From positions 92,533,474 to 92,590,735 of the forward strand of contig NC_068990.1 of assembly GCF_001194135.2 (NCBI RefSeq): a stretch of DNA of 57,262 nucleotides, in the 5' to 3' direction. The position numbers and the translations under genes are program-made. Of the stretch, positions 1-12,934 are shown piece after piece. Each line of letters opens with the position of its first letter. Position 1 is the stretch's first letter. This DNA comes from Octopus bimaculoides (lineage: Eukaryota). The notes beneath the pieces are model-generated. The model saw nothing but the letters and a program-made list of their open reading frames with translations. It made no database searches and was not told the origin of the DNA.

Positions 1-803
1 CATCATCGTCATCAGCATCATCATCATCAGCATCATCATCACCAACAACAACAATACCATCACTGCCACCGCCGATACAACAACAACAGCATTATCAAAA
101 ACAACCCCAACCAGCCTCACCACCACCACCACCACCACCACGGCAACAACAAGACGAAGAATTACAACAACAACAACAACCTGACAACAGAATTACCACC
201 ACTGCCAACATTCGTACTCACAGGGCAGCCGCCGCCAATATTTCTGCTACTACCAACACCACTAACACTGGTGTTAGTAGTAGTAGTAGTAGAAGTAGTA
301 GTAGTGGTGGTAGTAATAGTAGTAGTGGTGGTAGTAGTAATACCACTACTACAACAACAACAACAACCACGACGACGTCTACGACCACCACCGCCACCAC
401 CACCACCACTATTACTACTACCACTACTAATACGTTTGGCACAGAACGACAACAACAACAACAACAACAGCCAACAACAGCAGCAGCCGCGGTATTATTA
501 CTACAACAACAACAACTGCTGCAACAACAACACCACCACCACCGCCGCCATCGTCACCATTACCACAAACGCAAACCATTACAACAACTACTACTACACC
601 AAGTGGCCCTACTACTACCGCCACTCTATCAATCAGCAGCAGCAGCAGCAGCACCAGCAGCAGCAGCAGCAGCACTATTGCCATCAACTGTAACACATAC
701 CACTACCACCACGACCAGCACCGCCGCCGCCGCCGCTGCTGCTGCTACAGGCGTCACCACCGCCTCCACCACCTCCAGTAGCAGCAGTAGTAGTAGTACA
801 ACC

Positions 804-834
<31 letters not shown>

Positions 835-850
835 GTGTTCCTCACACTAC
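1..850 (+). repeat. Mosaic trinucleotide-repeat tract (CAT, CAA, CAC, AGT, ACT, CAG, GCC)
   Basis: Consecutive short triplet runs read directly from the sequence. Confidence 0.95.
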
Positions 851-854
851 TAGC

Positions 855-1107
855 ATGGCTGATCCGGTGCTTGTGTCGGGCAAGCCGACCACGCCGACCA
901 ACAGTGCAGTGGATACATCGTCCTCCATTGACAAACAAGATGTGGACAGACTTACGGAAAGCCCGTCTTCCGGGGGAAGTCTGGACAATTCGGTGGAGCA
1001 CGGGCATGGCCATTTCTTCATTAAAAAAACGTTCCATAAACCTACCTACTGTCACCACTGTACCGACATGCTATGGGGTCTCATCGGACAAGGATATATC
1101 TGTGAAG
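855..1107 (+). CDS. DGKQ: Diacylglycerol kinase theta-like, 5' coding exon (N-terminus plus first half of C1A domain); may extend upstream of 855
   Basis: Translates MADPV...HGHGHFFIKKTFHKPTYCHHCTDMLWGLIGQGYICE, a C1 zinc-finger half matching the invertebrate DGK-theta/dgk-1 pattern as I recall it. ATG has a strong context (AGCATGG). The exon ends in phase 1 at TGTGAAG|GTAAGT. Confidence 0.82.
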
Positions 1108-1113
1108 GTAAGT
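1108..1113 (+). promoter_or_regulatory. 5' splice donor of the DGK-theta-like exon
   Basis: Consensus AG|GTAAGT exactly where C1 similarity stops. Downstream the ORF runs into (TA)n junk. Confidence 0.88.
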
Positions 1114-1148
1114 TGACCGTTCACCCTCTTTCTATACCACACACTACC

Positions 1149-1152
<4 letters not shown>

Positions 1153-1217
<65 letters not shown>
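1153..1217. repeat. (TA)n microsatellite
   Basis: About 32 uninterrupted TA units just inside the intron. Confidence 0.97.
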
Positions 1218-1229
<12 letters not shown>

Positions 1230-1619
1230 ATATATGTGTATATATATTGTACTCTTCGTTTATTCTGTTTCTATATACATATATTTATCGAACACATATA
1301 TAGCTACCCGCATTGTATTCACAAAGTCACCCGCTTCATCCTGCCCTCCCCCACCGACTCAAGGTGGGTTACGAAGGTCTCTAATCACTCTGTCATTCTT
1401 GTCCTAACAGGTCCTCATGTACCTTACCCCCCCCCCACACACACGCTTCTCAACCTTTATTAAGATTTGTGCTGGAGACATAAAAACCAATCTATTTCCC
1501 TGAGATAAAGTAAATCTATATCGGCATTAACTGTTTCGGAGAGACTGGCCAAACCCAATTCCTTCGATGCTGTATTGCGATCGTGATCGCTTAATTGAAT
1601 CTATTATAAGGTGTACGCT

Positions 1620-1772
1620 CCAGATCAAATCCTGCCGAGGTCAACTTTTGCTTTTCAGCCTTTCCGGGGTCGAGAAAATAAAAGTACCTGTCAAATGCTG
1701 GAGTCGATGATATCGACTGATCTATTTCTCTTATGAAATTACTAGCCTTATGCCTGTCTCAGAAACCATTAT
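1620..1772 (+). mobile_element. SINE family B fragment
   Basis: GCCGAGGTCAACTTTTGC..CCTTTCCGGGGTCGAGAAAATAAAAGTACC core, shared with the copies at 18414, 21301 and 41658. Confidence 0.75.
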
Positions 1773-2749
1773 AGAAGGGTGTACCTTTGTAATAAAGAAT
1801 ATTTATTGAATATTTTGCAATTAACAAGGAACACAGTTGCTGTACCTACCCGCATGAGCTACCCAGTTAGTTAGATGGCACGCACTTACGCTGTTACAAC
1901 CTGTACGAAGCACCCAATTTCAATATTACGGCAAATACGTTTTGAATATTTCCATTGCTTCTGTGTTGTAGTTGACTGACCACCACCACCACCACCACAA
2001 CCACCAGAATCATCATCACCACCACCGCCACCACCACCACCACACTGGCATTCAATCTTATACCTGTATCGGATTCTCGTTTTTTTTTTGTTTTGTTGTC
2101 TGTTTTTTCTTCCCCCACTGTTGCGGCTGTTTTTGTTGTAGATGTTTGTGTGTTTGTTTGTTAGTTCCCCCCTGTTTGTTTTAATGATGTTCAGATACCT
2201 TCTCCCTTCAACATCAACAAATGGCTTCAATGTAGTAGTACCAGCGCCAGCAACAACTTGCAACAGTGCTACCATTACATAGAATGTGTGTGTGTGCGTG
2301 TGTCTGTGTGTAGGTTAAAATGTGTGTTGTGCCTGTATAAATGTATGCTTGTGTGTGTGCTTGTGTTTGTGTGGTAAATGTATGTTTGCGTGTGCGCGGC
2401 AAATGTATGTTTCTGTGTGTGTGTGTGTGTGTGTGGTAAATGTATCTGTGTGTGTATTTGTGCTTAAATGTATGTGTGTCTGAGTGAATGTGTATGTCTG
2501 TATCTGTGTGAATAAATTTATGTGTTTAAATGTATGTAATTATACAAATATGCGTGTGTATGTACGCTTACATACATACGTACATATATACAGTAATTCC
2601 ATTCCCGTCTGCTTATAATACACGCACGCACATACATCTTTTACCTGTCTGCGCACACATACACGTATCAGTCTGCATATATGTATACATACATTTCTTA
2701 CCTGTCTGCAGACACACACACACTTGTGTGTGTATATGTGTGTATATAT

Positions 2750-2782
<33 letters not shown>

Positions 2783-3215
2783 ATACACACACATACACAT
2801 GATATCGTACGAATTATTCAATTGTCTTCTCTTTTTCTAACATTTTACATTAAAATAAATTAACCAAAGCATACATAAGGAGGTTGCATTTGGAAATATC
2901 TTGTACTGAAATTATGTATACATTTTGTGTATGAAAGTGTATATCCATCCATTCATTCATCCATCCATCTATCTATCGATTAGGTATAGGTGTTTGTATG
3001 TATGAATGGATATATGTGCGAATCTGTGTATCTATATGTCTATGTAAATGTGTGCATATCAATGTAAGTATACACACACACACACACACATGTAATTACA
3101 TGTATATATATATGTGTGTATATATATATTGAGAGAGAGGTGTACATGTAGGTGTGTGTGTGTATATATATGTACATAATATATGCACGCCTGTATACAG
3201 ATATCCGCGTATTTG

Positions 3216-3617
3216 NNNNNNNNNNNNNNNNNNNNNNNNNNNNNNNNNNNNNNNNNNNNNNNNNNNNNNNNNNNNNNNNNNNNNNNNNNNNNNNNNNNNN
3301 NNNNNNNNNNNNNNNNNNNNNNNNNNNNNNNNNNNNNNNNNNNNNNNNNNNNNNNNNNNNNNNNNNNNNNNNNNNNNNNNNNNNNNNNNNNNNNNNNNNN
3401 NNNNNNNNNNNNNNNNNNNNNNNNNNNNNNNNNNNNNNNNNNNNNNNNNNNNNNNNNNNNNNNNNNNNNNNNNNNNNNNNNNNNNNNNNNNNNNNNNNNN
3501 NNNNNNNNNNNNNNNNNNNNNNNNNNNNNNNNNNNNNNNNNNNNNNNNNNNNNNNNNNNNNNNNNNNNNNNNNNNNNNNNNNNNNNNNNNNNNNNNNNNN
3601 NNNNNNNNNNNNNNNNN
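3216..3617. other. Assembly gap (other gaps: 6749-7417, 7940-8039, 10429-10502, 13422-13580, 56579-56724, plus short N runs)
   Basis: N runs, usually flanked by (TA)/(CA) microsatellites. Confidence 0.99.
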
Positions 3618-3704
3618 TATATATATATATATACATATATATATGTATACATAAGCACACACACATATGTATGCATATACACGTGTATGTATGTATATAC
3701 ATGC

Positions 3705-3735
<31 letters not shown>

Positions 3736-3902
3736 TATTCACACTCCTGTATACATGCACATATGGTGTGTGTGTGTATATGCATGTACAGCTGTATAAA
3801 TGTATATGTATAATTGTAAAGATGTATAAGTTTATATGTATGTTTGTGTACATTTGTGTGTGTGTATATGTATATATATGTGTGTGTGTGTGTGTGTGTG
3901 CA

Positions 3903-3958
<56 letters not shown>

Positions 3959-3984
3959 TACACCCATGCATGTATAGATGTAGA

Positions 3985-4435
3985 TCTGACACTGCAGTTG
4001 AGTAGCTTGCTGTCCAACTATGTAATCTTGAGTTCTGCTTCACTCTGTGACCCCCTGGGCAAACATCTACTATAGCCCTAGGGTGACGAATATCTTGTGA
4101 TTTGATTGGATATGTATGTGTGTGTGTGTGTGTGTGTATGAATATATATGTATGTATGTGAATAAATCTTTATATATATACATATATTTTGTGTGCATGT
4201 GTATCTTACCTTGACATCATGTCATGGTTGTAAACTAATGCCACAGGTGAAGTTTTTTGTTTCCAGTCTTCCATGAAAAAAAAAAAACATACCTGGCCAT
4301 GGGGTATTATTAGCCGTATTGGAAACTGGTGAGTGTTAGCAACTGGAAGGACATCTGGCCATCGAAATAGTGGTCAACAAGTTCTTTTTGACTTGTGCAA
4401 GCATGGAAAAATTATGTTAAATCAATGATGATCAT
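3985..4435 (+). mobile_element. SINE family C (tRNA-like head, microsatellite linker, RTE-like tail), degenerate
   Basis: Head ...CTGGGCAAACATCTACTATAGCCC, TG/TA linker, tail ...GCAAGCATGGAAAAATTATGTTAAATCAATGATGAT. Confidence 0.7.
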
Positions 4436-4603
4436 GTATGTATCTATACTTAAAAAGAAGTAGTGTGTGTATGTATATATATATATATATATAGGTGTGT
4501 GTGTGTGTATATATATATATATACATACATACATATATATAGATATATATATGTGTGTGTGTGTGTGTGTATTTTATTTACATGTTAATGTGTCATTAGG
4601 TAC

Positions 4604-4860
4604 AGCTATGGTGGCTGTGTGTTTAAATTCACTGCTCCATACAGTTTTGGGTTCTGTCCCACTGCATGACACCTTGGACAAGGAACGGTCTGCTATAGCC
4701 CTCAGCCACCCAAAGACTTGGAAGAAGATTTGAAAAGCCAGAAACAGAGATAAGTCCATAGTGTCTTTGTATATCTGCATGTGTTGTCTCTTTGTTTTGA
4801 CATTGCACAACAGAGACCAGTGGCAATGGCTGACTGCAAAGGCGTCGAGATAGAGTAGCA
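4604..4860 (+). mobile_element. SINE family C/D head, degenerate
   Basis: GTGGCTGTGTG...GGGTTCTGTCCCACTGCATGACACCTTGGACAAG. Confidence 0.65.
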
Positions 4861-5580
4861 CCCCAATGGCTGGTAACATCAGCTCAGGGATCTTCATGGT
4901 AGTTGTATATGAGTATTTCCTTCATATAAGTGGTATCATTAGTTTCCTATCTCTTCTAAAAAGAGTTGGTTGGGGGGGCTGTTATCTTGTTTGGAAACAG
5001 GGGAAGTTTGGCAACAAAAAGGCCCAATGACCATAGAAAATCTTCCTGAATAAATTTTATGCAAACATGGAAATGATGATGTTGGTTATGTACAGAAACA
5101 TATGTACCTGTACCCATGTACATACATGTACTTGCACAAATATGTGTACAGTGAGCTGCAGTGCTGCACTGAACACTAGTGTCATTTTTGCAATGGTTTT
5201 TACAGCTGGATGTCCTTCCTAATGTCAACCACTTTACAGTGTGTACTGGGTGCGTATTTTCATGACATCAGCACCAGCAAGGTCATCATGTAACTTGCAA
5301 GACAAGAACAGGAAAAAAGAAAAAGCCCCTCAATTAAATGGAGGGATCACTTGAGTGGGTGTGGCAGTATTCCCGGTGTTGGGAGGTTTAAGTATGATGG
5401 GGAAACAAATTCAGGTGTCTTGCTATAGAGGAGATACATGACCACCCATCATATAAGGGAAGGTAGGAGTAATTGGGGTATCAAGGTGTAAAACCAAACA
5501 TACAACGACTGCCCTAAGTGAACTGAAGCCAGAGTAATGTGATAGGAATATTATTCTGAAGAGAAAAGATTAGACTTCTG

Positions 5581-6030
5581 TATGTTTTAGTTCTCTCCAT
5601 CTTACTGTAGATATGTGAGACACAGTCTCTCATGGCAGATACTCAGAAAAAGATTCCGGCATTGGACATGAGAATTGTTACTGCAATGCCTTGGTCCTTT
5701 CATGTTCCAAATACATAATGAATGTTTGGGTTTGTAAAACAATCAAGCACCACTTTGGCTTCCATGAAGATCTCACAACAATAAGGGAAAGAAAGCTGAG
5801 ATGGTATGGCCATAGAAGATCCAGTGGGCTTGAGAGGGGATATTCTTCAAGGAATTGTGGAGGGGGAAAGAAGGAGAGCAGAAAGAAGAAAAGATGGACA
5901 GATGTCAAGGTATAGACTAGCAAATTATTAATGGAGGCCCAAAGTTTGGCAAACAGTTTCAACTGGTGGAAGATGTTGCACTCTTTGTCATGATGATGTT
6001 CCAACTACTTCATCGGAAGATAAGGGTGGA
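5581..6030 (+). mobile_element. RTE-clade LINE, RT C-terminal remnant
   Basis: Frameshifted translation CET.SLMADTQKKIPALDMR...EDLTTIRERKLRWYGH.RSSGL..ILQGIVEG.RR....KRW follows the RTE C-terminal pattern. Confidence 0.85.
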
Positions 6031-6304
6031 AGACCTTGCTCAAGACATATGTGTGTGAATATATATGGAAATACATTTATGTAGATATGTATATTTATAT
6101 ATGGCTGTATGTATATATATATGTAATCTTTATACATAAATGTTTGTATGTGTACCTGTGTGTGCATGAATGTACATGTGTATATGTACAGGTGTGTATG
6201 TATGAATGTGTGCCTTTGTAGATATGCATGTGTGTGCATATATAGGTTTGTGTATGCGTTTGTAGGTACACAACTATGTGGATATGTGTCTCTTTGAATA
6301 TAAC

Positions 6305-6343
<39 letters not shown>

Positions 6344-6701
6344 TTGGAATATATATGTGTATATGTGCCTAGGTGTGCATATATATGTAGGTGTGTATGT
6401 GCATTAATATATATATATATGTGTGTGTATTTTCATTCATTCATTCGTTATGACTTACATCTGCATTCCATGTTGGCATGGGTTTGATGAATATATTACT
6501 GTGGGGCTGTTCTCTTGCTTGTTCTTTCTGTTGCTAACTTTTGGCTATCTCATAGGTAAGTGATTTCTCATTCCACACCTCTGCAGAGCTGCAAAGCTAG
6601 GTGGAAATTTATTGAGAGAAGGAGAAGAAGAAGCAATGACATCACTGTTTGTCGCTCGGTACTTTTCAGAGGTGTGCACATGTAAGCACACATGCAAACA
6701 T

Positions 6702-6748
<47 letters not shown>

Positions 6749-7417
6749 NNNNNNNNNNNNNNNNNNNNNNNNNNNNNNNNNNNNNNNNNNNNNNNNNNNN
6801 NNNNNNNNNNNNNNNNNNNNNNNNNNNNNNNNNNNNNNNNNNNNNNNNNNNNNNNNNNNNNNNNNNNNNNNNNNNNNNNNNNNNNNNNNNNNNNNNNNNN
6901 NNNNNNNNNNNNNNNNNNNNNNNNNNNNNNNNNNNNNNNNNNNNNNNNNNNNNNNNNNNNNNNNNNNNNNNNNNNNNNNNNNNNNNNNNNNNNNNNNNNN
7001 NNNNNNNNNNNNNNNNNNNNNNNNNNNNNNNNNNNNNNNNNNNNNNNNNNNNNNNNNNNNNNNNNNNNNNNNNNNNNNNNNNNNNNNNNNNNNNNNNNNN
7101 NNNNNNNNNNNNNNNNNNNNNNNNNNNNNNNNNNNNNNNNNNNNNNNNNNNNNNNNNNNNNNNNNNNNNNNNNNNNNNNNNNNNNNNNNNNNNNNNNNNN
7201 NNNNNNNNNNNNNNNNNNNNNNNNNNNNNNNNNNNNNNNNNNNNNNNNNNNNNNNNNNNNNNNNNNNNNNNNNNNNNNNNNNNNNNNNNNNNNNNNNNNN
7301 NNNNNNNNNNNNNNNNNNNNNNNNNNNNNNNNNNNNNNNNNNNNNNNNNNNNNNNNNNNNNNNNNNNNNNNNNNNNNNNNNNNNNNNNNNNNNNNNNNNN
7401 NNNNNNNNNNNNNNNNN

Positions 7418-7454
<37 letters not shown>

Positions 7455-7455
<1 letters not shown>

Positions 7456-7672
7456 TGTGTGTGATAGTTATGAATGTTACTGTCATATAAACACTGTCAT
7501 TCATTTCTGTTATTCTGTGAAAACGTCTGGTCATGGGAAAATATTACCTTGTCTAAAAAAACAGGTAAGGGTTGGTGACAGGAAGGGGAATCCAACTGTA
7601 GAAAACCTGTCTCTGTAAGCTCCATCTAACCCATGCAAGCATGGAAAAGTTGATGTTAGAACAATGATGATA
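7455..7672 (+). mobile_element. SINE family C 3' half
   Basis: GTCTGGTCATGGGAAAATATTACC...ACCCATGCAAGCATGGAAAAGTTGATGTTAGAACAATGATGA. Confidence 0.8.
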
Positions 7673-8458
7673 GGCATCTACTTAGGTGTATATTTATCTG
7701 TTTCTGTGCATGTCTCTCTGTATATGTGTGTGTGTGCATATATGTATGCATTTGTGTTTGTCTATGCATTCATGTGTGAATGTGTGTATGCACACAGATG
7801 CATGTGTATATGTGTACATGTGTTGGGGTATACTCGTGTGTGTCTGTGTGTATATATATATGATTATAGATAAACACAGATATATATAATATATATAAAT
7901 GCACATATGCATATATATTTAGATGTATGAATATATATTNNNNNNNNNNNNNNNNNNNNNNNNNNNNNNNNNNNNNNNNNNNNNNNNNNNNNNNNNNNNN
8001 NNNNNNNNNNNNNNNNNNNNNNNNNNNNNNNNNNNNNNNTATATATATATAAGGATGTAGCTGAGCTGCACCAATACTCATTTGGGAAATTCACCTGTCC
8101 AGTCCTTGTCTGTTTTCCATCCCTTTGTCACTCGTCTTGTTAATCAGCCTCTCAGGTAGAGCTCTGTTCTCGTATATGGGAGACTACATTGGACCCATCA
8201 TGCCTAATACATATCCAGAGTACATCTCTCTTTAGATCTACACTCAGCTGATCCTTTTGGAAACTGAGACAGACTCAAATAAATGATGGGAAGAATGGAG
8301 TGCAATAGAGAACTGTTTGTTTGTTTACTGAGCCTGTCATTTCGATAGGTGAAATTCACCTAGGTAGTATTTTGAATTCAGTGAGCAGAGAGTTAGGATG
8401 CTTACAGCAAAGTAATGGTTCTGCTACTCTGTCAGATGCCTATATGTATATCTATACA

Positions 8459-8874
8459 GGTATAGGCATGGCTCTCTGGCTAAGGAACTTGCTTCCCAAC
8501 CATGTGGTCTTCGGTTCAGTCTCACTGTGCAGCACCTTGGGCAACTGTCTTCTACTATAGCACCTGCCTGACCAAAGCTTTGTGGTTGAATTTTGTAGGA
8601 GACTGAAAGAAGCCTGTTGTATGTGCATGACCCCCTTGTCTTGATATCAAATTGAGAATGTCAGTAAGTATCACTGGCAGATGAGATATGTTGTTCATTT
8701 CCTGTGTTCCTTGGAAAAACCTGTCTGGCCATGGGGAAATATTATTGTTTGGTTACAGGTGGGGGTTGGTGACAGAAAGGACATCCAGTAGTGGAAAATC
8801 TACCTCAACAAATTCTGTCTGACCAATGCAAACATGGAAAAGGGGATGTTAAAATGATGATGATGATAATGATG
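8459..8874 (+). mobile_element. SINE family C, full length
   Basis: A/B-box-like head (TGGCTCTCTGGCTAA, GGTTCAGTCTC), CACCTTGGGCAA core, tail ending (ATG)n. Confidence 0.88.
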
Positions 8875-8892
8875 TTTAAATATGTATATATT

Positions 8893-9350
8893 TCACCTTC
8901 ATTTTAGATATCTTCCTTTTCCATGCTTGCATGCAATTTGTCAGGCAGAATTCATTGATGCAGATTTTCTACAAGATGCCTTTCCTGTCCCCAACCATCA
9001 CCTGTTTCCAAACAGGGTAATATTCCCCCCACACACCCATGGCTGGGGGTGGGAGATATTACACTCTTGTTTGCTGTTCATGCTCACAACCTTCATGTGA
9101 TGTCAAGACAAGGGGACAGCTATACTCGCACACTAGCAAACACATACACACTGCACGCGCGTGCATGTGCGTATGTGTACGTGACACACACACACACACA
9201 CACACTTACAACAAACTTCCTTTTAGTTTCCATTTATCAAATCCACTCAATGATTTGGTCTACCCAGGTCTGTAGTGAAAAGTCACCCAAGGTGTTGCAC
9301 AGTGGCACTAAACCCGAAATTGCTGGGTTGGGAAGGAACATTCTTACCCA
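8893..9350 (-). mobile_element. SINE family C, full length, antisense
   Basis: Reverse complement of tail (TTTCCATGCTTGCATG), linker and head (CCCAAGGTG...GGTTGGGAAG). Confidence 0.82.
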
Positions 9351-9658
9351 CATTTTTCTCTCTCTCTCTCTCCCATATATATATATGCGTGTGTGTGTGT
9401 GTGTGCATATTTATACATATCCATATAAATGTGTACATATATATGTGTGTGTGTGTGTGTGCATATGTATACTTATCTATATAAATGTGTATATATATGT
9501 GTGCATATGTTTACATATGTATATATATGTGTATATATATGTGTATATATATGTGTGCATATGTTTACATATCTATATAAATGTATATATATATGTGTGT
9601 GTGTGTATGTACAAATATATGTATCCGTGTGTGTGTGTGTGTGTGTATNNNNNNNNNN

Positions 9659-9698
<40 letters not shown>

Positions 9699-10344
9699 TA
9701 TATATAATGTACATGTATAATGTTTGTGTAATTGGGTTTCTATACAGTATATATGTGTATATGCAACGTATGCATTTGTAGAAATGTATATAGTTGTGTA
9801 TGTACATGTTTACTCATGTATTTGGGTATATTTATCTATGAGTGTGGTGTGTTTGTATGTATATACATATTTCTATATAATGTGTGTGTGTGTGTGTGTA
9901 GCTGATTAATTGCTACATCTAACCTTTCATTTCACGTTATTATATCAAAATATGTCTCATCCTTCGGTGTTCTTCGTATTTCTGTGTTTATGATAATTAT
10001 GGTGACCAACAATATCCCAGAGAGAACTCTGAATATATTTCGTTCCAGTATATATATATTTTTTCTTTAATCTTTCTCTACCTGATGAAATATGTCGTAT
10101 CTATTCCCAGTCGCTTTCATTCTTTACATAATGCCTAAATACACCTAAGCCTTTCTACATATAATAATATAAATGTTCTTTGGGTATATGTATGTGTGTA
10201 CGTATGTAAAATGCTAACCAATTATATATGTGTATATGTTGATTATAAAGATCTCCGTAATATTTTTTTTTCCTAAGTGGTTACGAAATGGTGGGTCTGT
10301 TGGTAATTTATTATAAAGTGTCATTCAATACATTCTCATCCCTA

Positions 10345-10383
<39 letters not shown>

Positions 10384-10955
10384 GTCGCATATAGTGTCTC
10401 TATAAATTGTGTGCGAGGTATGCGTGTANNNNNNNNNNNNNNNNNNNNNNNNNNNNNNNNNNNNNNNNNNNNNNNNNNNNNNNNNNNNNNNNNNNNNNNN
10501 NNCCCCCCCCCCCCCAACTTCCAGCCCATCTTGTATGTTACACCTTGGTCACTCGGTCATATAACGTTATATTTTCGCTCAATATGAGACGTTTCATTTG
10601 TTAATAGGAAGTAAAAACTGGATATACTGAAGACAGCGGTTATAGAATTAATACGTAGCTTGCCTATTATCTAATTTATCTGTTCATCTCTGGTGGTATG
10701 ATGTACACACACACACACACACACACACATCTTCCCTACTGCATCACATCCATAACAATATTAACTATAATAATGATGATGCTGTTGGTGTTGATGATCA
10801 CTGTTACATTATGGTTTTTTACCTTGTCTAATTCTCTTCGCCTCGGAAGACGTTCGAAGTAAGATGTTTTCGCGAACGTTGTGAAAATGCAGGCGCGTAA
10901 CAATGTCTAATGATTAGTTATGATCTGAAGACTTCTTCTGCCTTCTTCCTCTCGC

Positions 10956-10995
<40 letters not shown>

Positions 10996-11700
10996 TACGT
11001 ATAAATTACTAGCGACGACTGTGACCATTACACACACACACACATATATATATAAATAATGTAATCAGCCTTCCTTCGGCAAGGTGGCTGATTCTGTAGC
11101 TTGTATTCTTCTCACCATGTAGTAGCAGAGCTACGTTCATGTGCCACTCGAAGTGCTAGTATGACCATTTTCGCATTGGTAGCAAGCTCTGGTGGTTCTG
11201 CAAAGTCGTACCAACGCCTAGACAGTCGCCTAACCACTTTAACTGCCTCTCTTACCGTCCATCAATCTTTCTTCCCTCATCAGCGTCATATAGACAAACT
11301 ATCACTCTACACTGACGACGACGACGTCATTTATTTTGTTTGTTCACCCTCTTCCTTGTCACTGACCACACATACATAATGATGTCTCTCTCTCGCCCTC
11401 TCGCCCTCTCTCTCTGCCTGTTGACATTATAGCATCACAATAGCATTATATTTCGCCTTCCCCCATCAAACATGACTTCACATAGAAATGACTTGTTGGT
11501 TTCCGTTATTCCAATCGTAAACATTTCTCTTTGCTCTTTCCAACCAGACAATTCCTTCTTCTTAACACTGCCTCCCCGCCAGATATTTCACCTTGGTCTC
11601 CCCACCTGCTCTACATTATCTATTCACACACACACACACACACGTTTAGTCTGAAATCTTACCATTATTATTTACCCTTGTCTTCATTTCGCTTCATTCC

Positions 11701-11766
<66 letters not shown>

Positions 11767-12934
11767 TTATGATTGAAGAACCATTTCTTCTCTCAATGGA
11801 ATCTCGTGAAAACCGACTCTCTAATTCCCATCACCTCTAAAGATATTAACTATACCAATGACAGCAATAAAATAGAACTACCATCACAATTTTCTGCTGT
11901 ATTTTTCCTTGCTTCTTCCTCTCAGAGCTGAACGCATTTATTTATTTATTTATTTATATGCAATTTCCGATCCGTTAATGTCTTGTGAGAATATTTTACC
12001 AATTCCAAGTCGATATAAAACCGAGGCTTGTTCCAACAAACGTCTAGTATTTCATTCCGACAATTATAAACCTTACGATATTTCAGAAAACACAACTTTA
12101 TATTTTCGACATCGAAAAATTGGATAACAATAAATAAATAAATAACAAAAGACCGTTTAATAAAAAAAATATATTCTAAATTGATGTGGTGGTGCTCTCT
12201 CTACCCATCTGTCTGTATATGTGTATATATATATTATATTGTGGTATGATAAGAGAAGAAATAAAGCATATCGTTCACAGTTATGAGATTAGTTATAGAA
12301 AAGAAAGATATTAAATGAAAGGTGGCATATTATGTAATGAGGTAGTTGTTAGTTAAATGGGCTTTTGTTTATCATGTTCTGGGTGTGTGTGATGATGATG
12401 TACATAACGATATTAATTAAAAGGTCGCTTTCTTATATATGTTTTGTATGGATGTATGTGATATATTAAACGAAAGGTCGATTTATTAACTGTGCATGTA
12501 TGTGGGATATAATGATACGAAAGGTCAGTTTAAGTGTGTGTGTATATTAACGATAGGAAAGGTCGCCTTAGGTGTGTGTGGTAATCCATGTTTTTCTTAA
12601 ACATTTAATAAAATGTGTGTTCCTTGTTATATGGATATGAAAACGGTATTATTGTACGTATGTTTCAAATTGGCTCTGTTATTATGTGCGTGTATCTCGG
12701 GTATCGTTAGTAATTTAAACACACATAGATCTTTAACAAAGACATATAAACTACGCACACGTATATACAGTTACGCGCGCGCATGAACTTGTATGTTATA
12801 AGTATGTATCGCTCGCGCGAGCGCACACGCACATACACACATACTCCTACTCATTCGAAGGAGATTTTTAGCCTTACAAGTGAAACGATCTCACTTGGTG
12901 TCATCAAACGGAAGAAAAAGAGACTCCGTACATG

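Noticed and set aside
1114-1463. Continuation of ORF 603..1463 past the C1 half (GKLTVHPL...YIYIYI)
   Set aside because: Read-through of the splice donor into intronic (TA)n, not protein.
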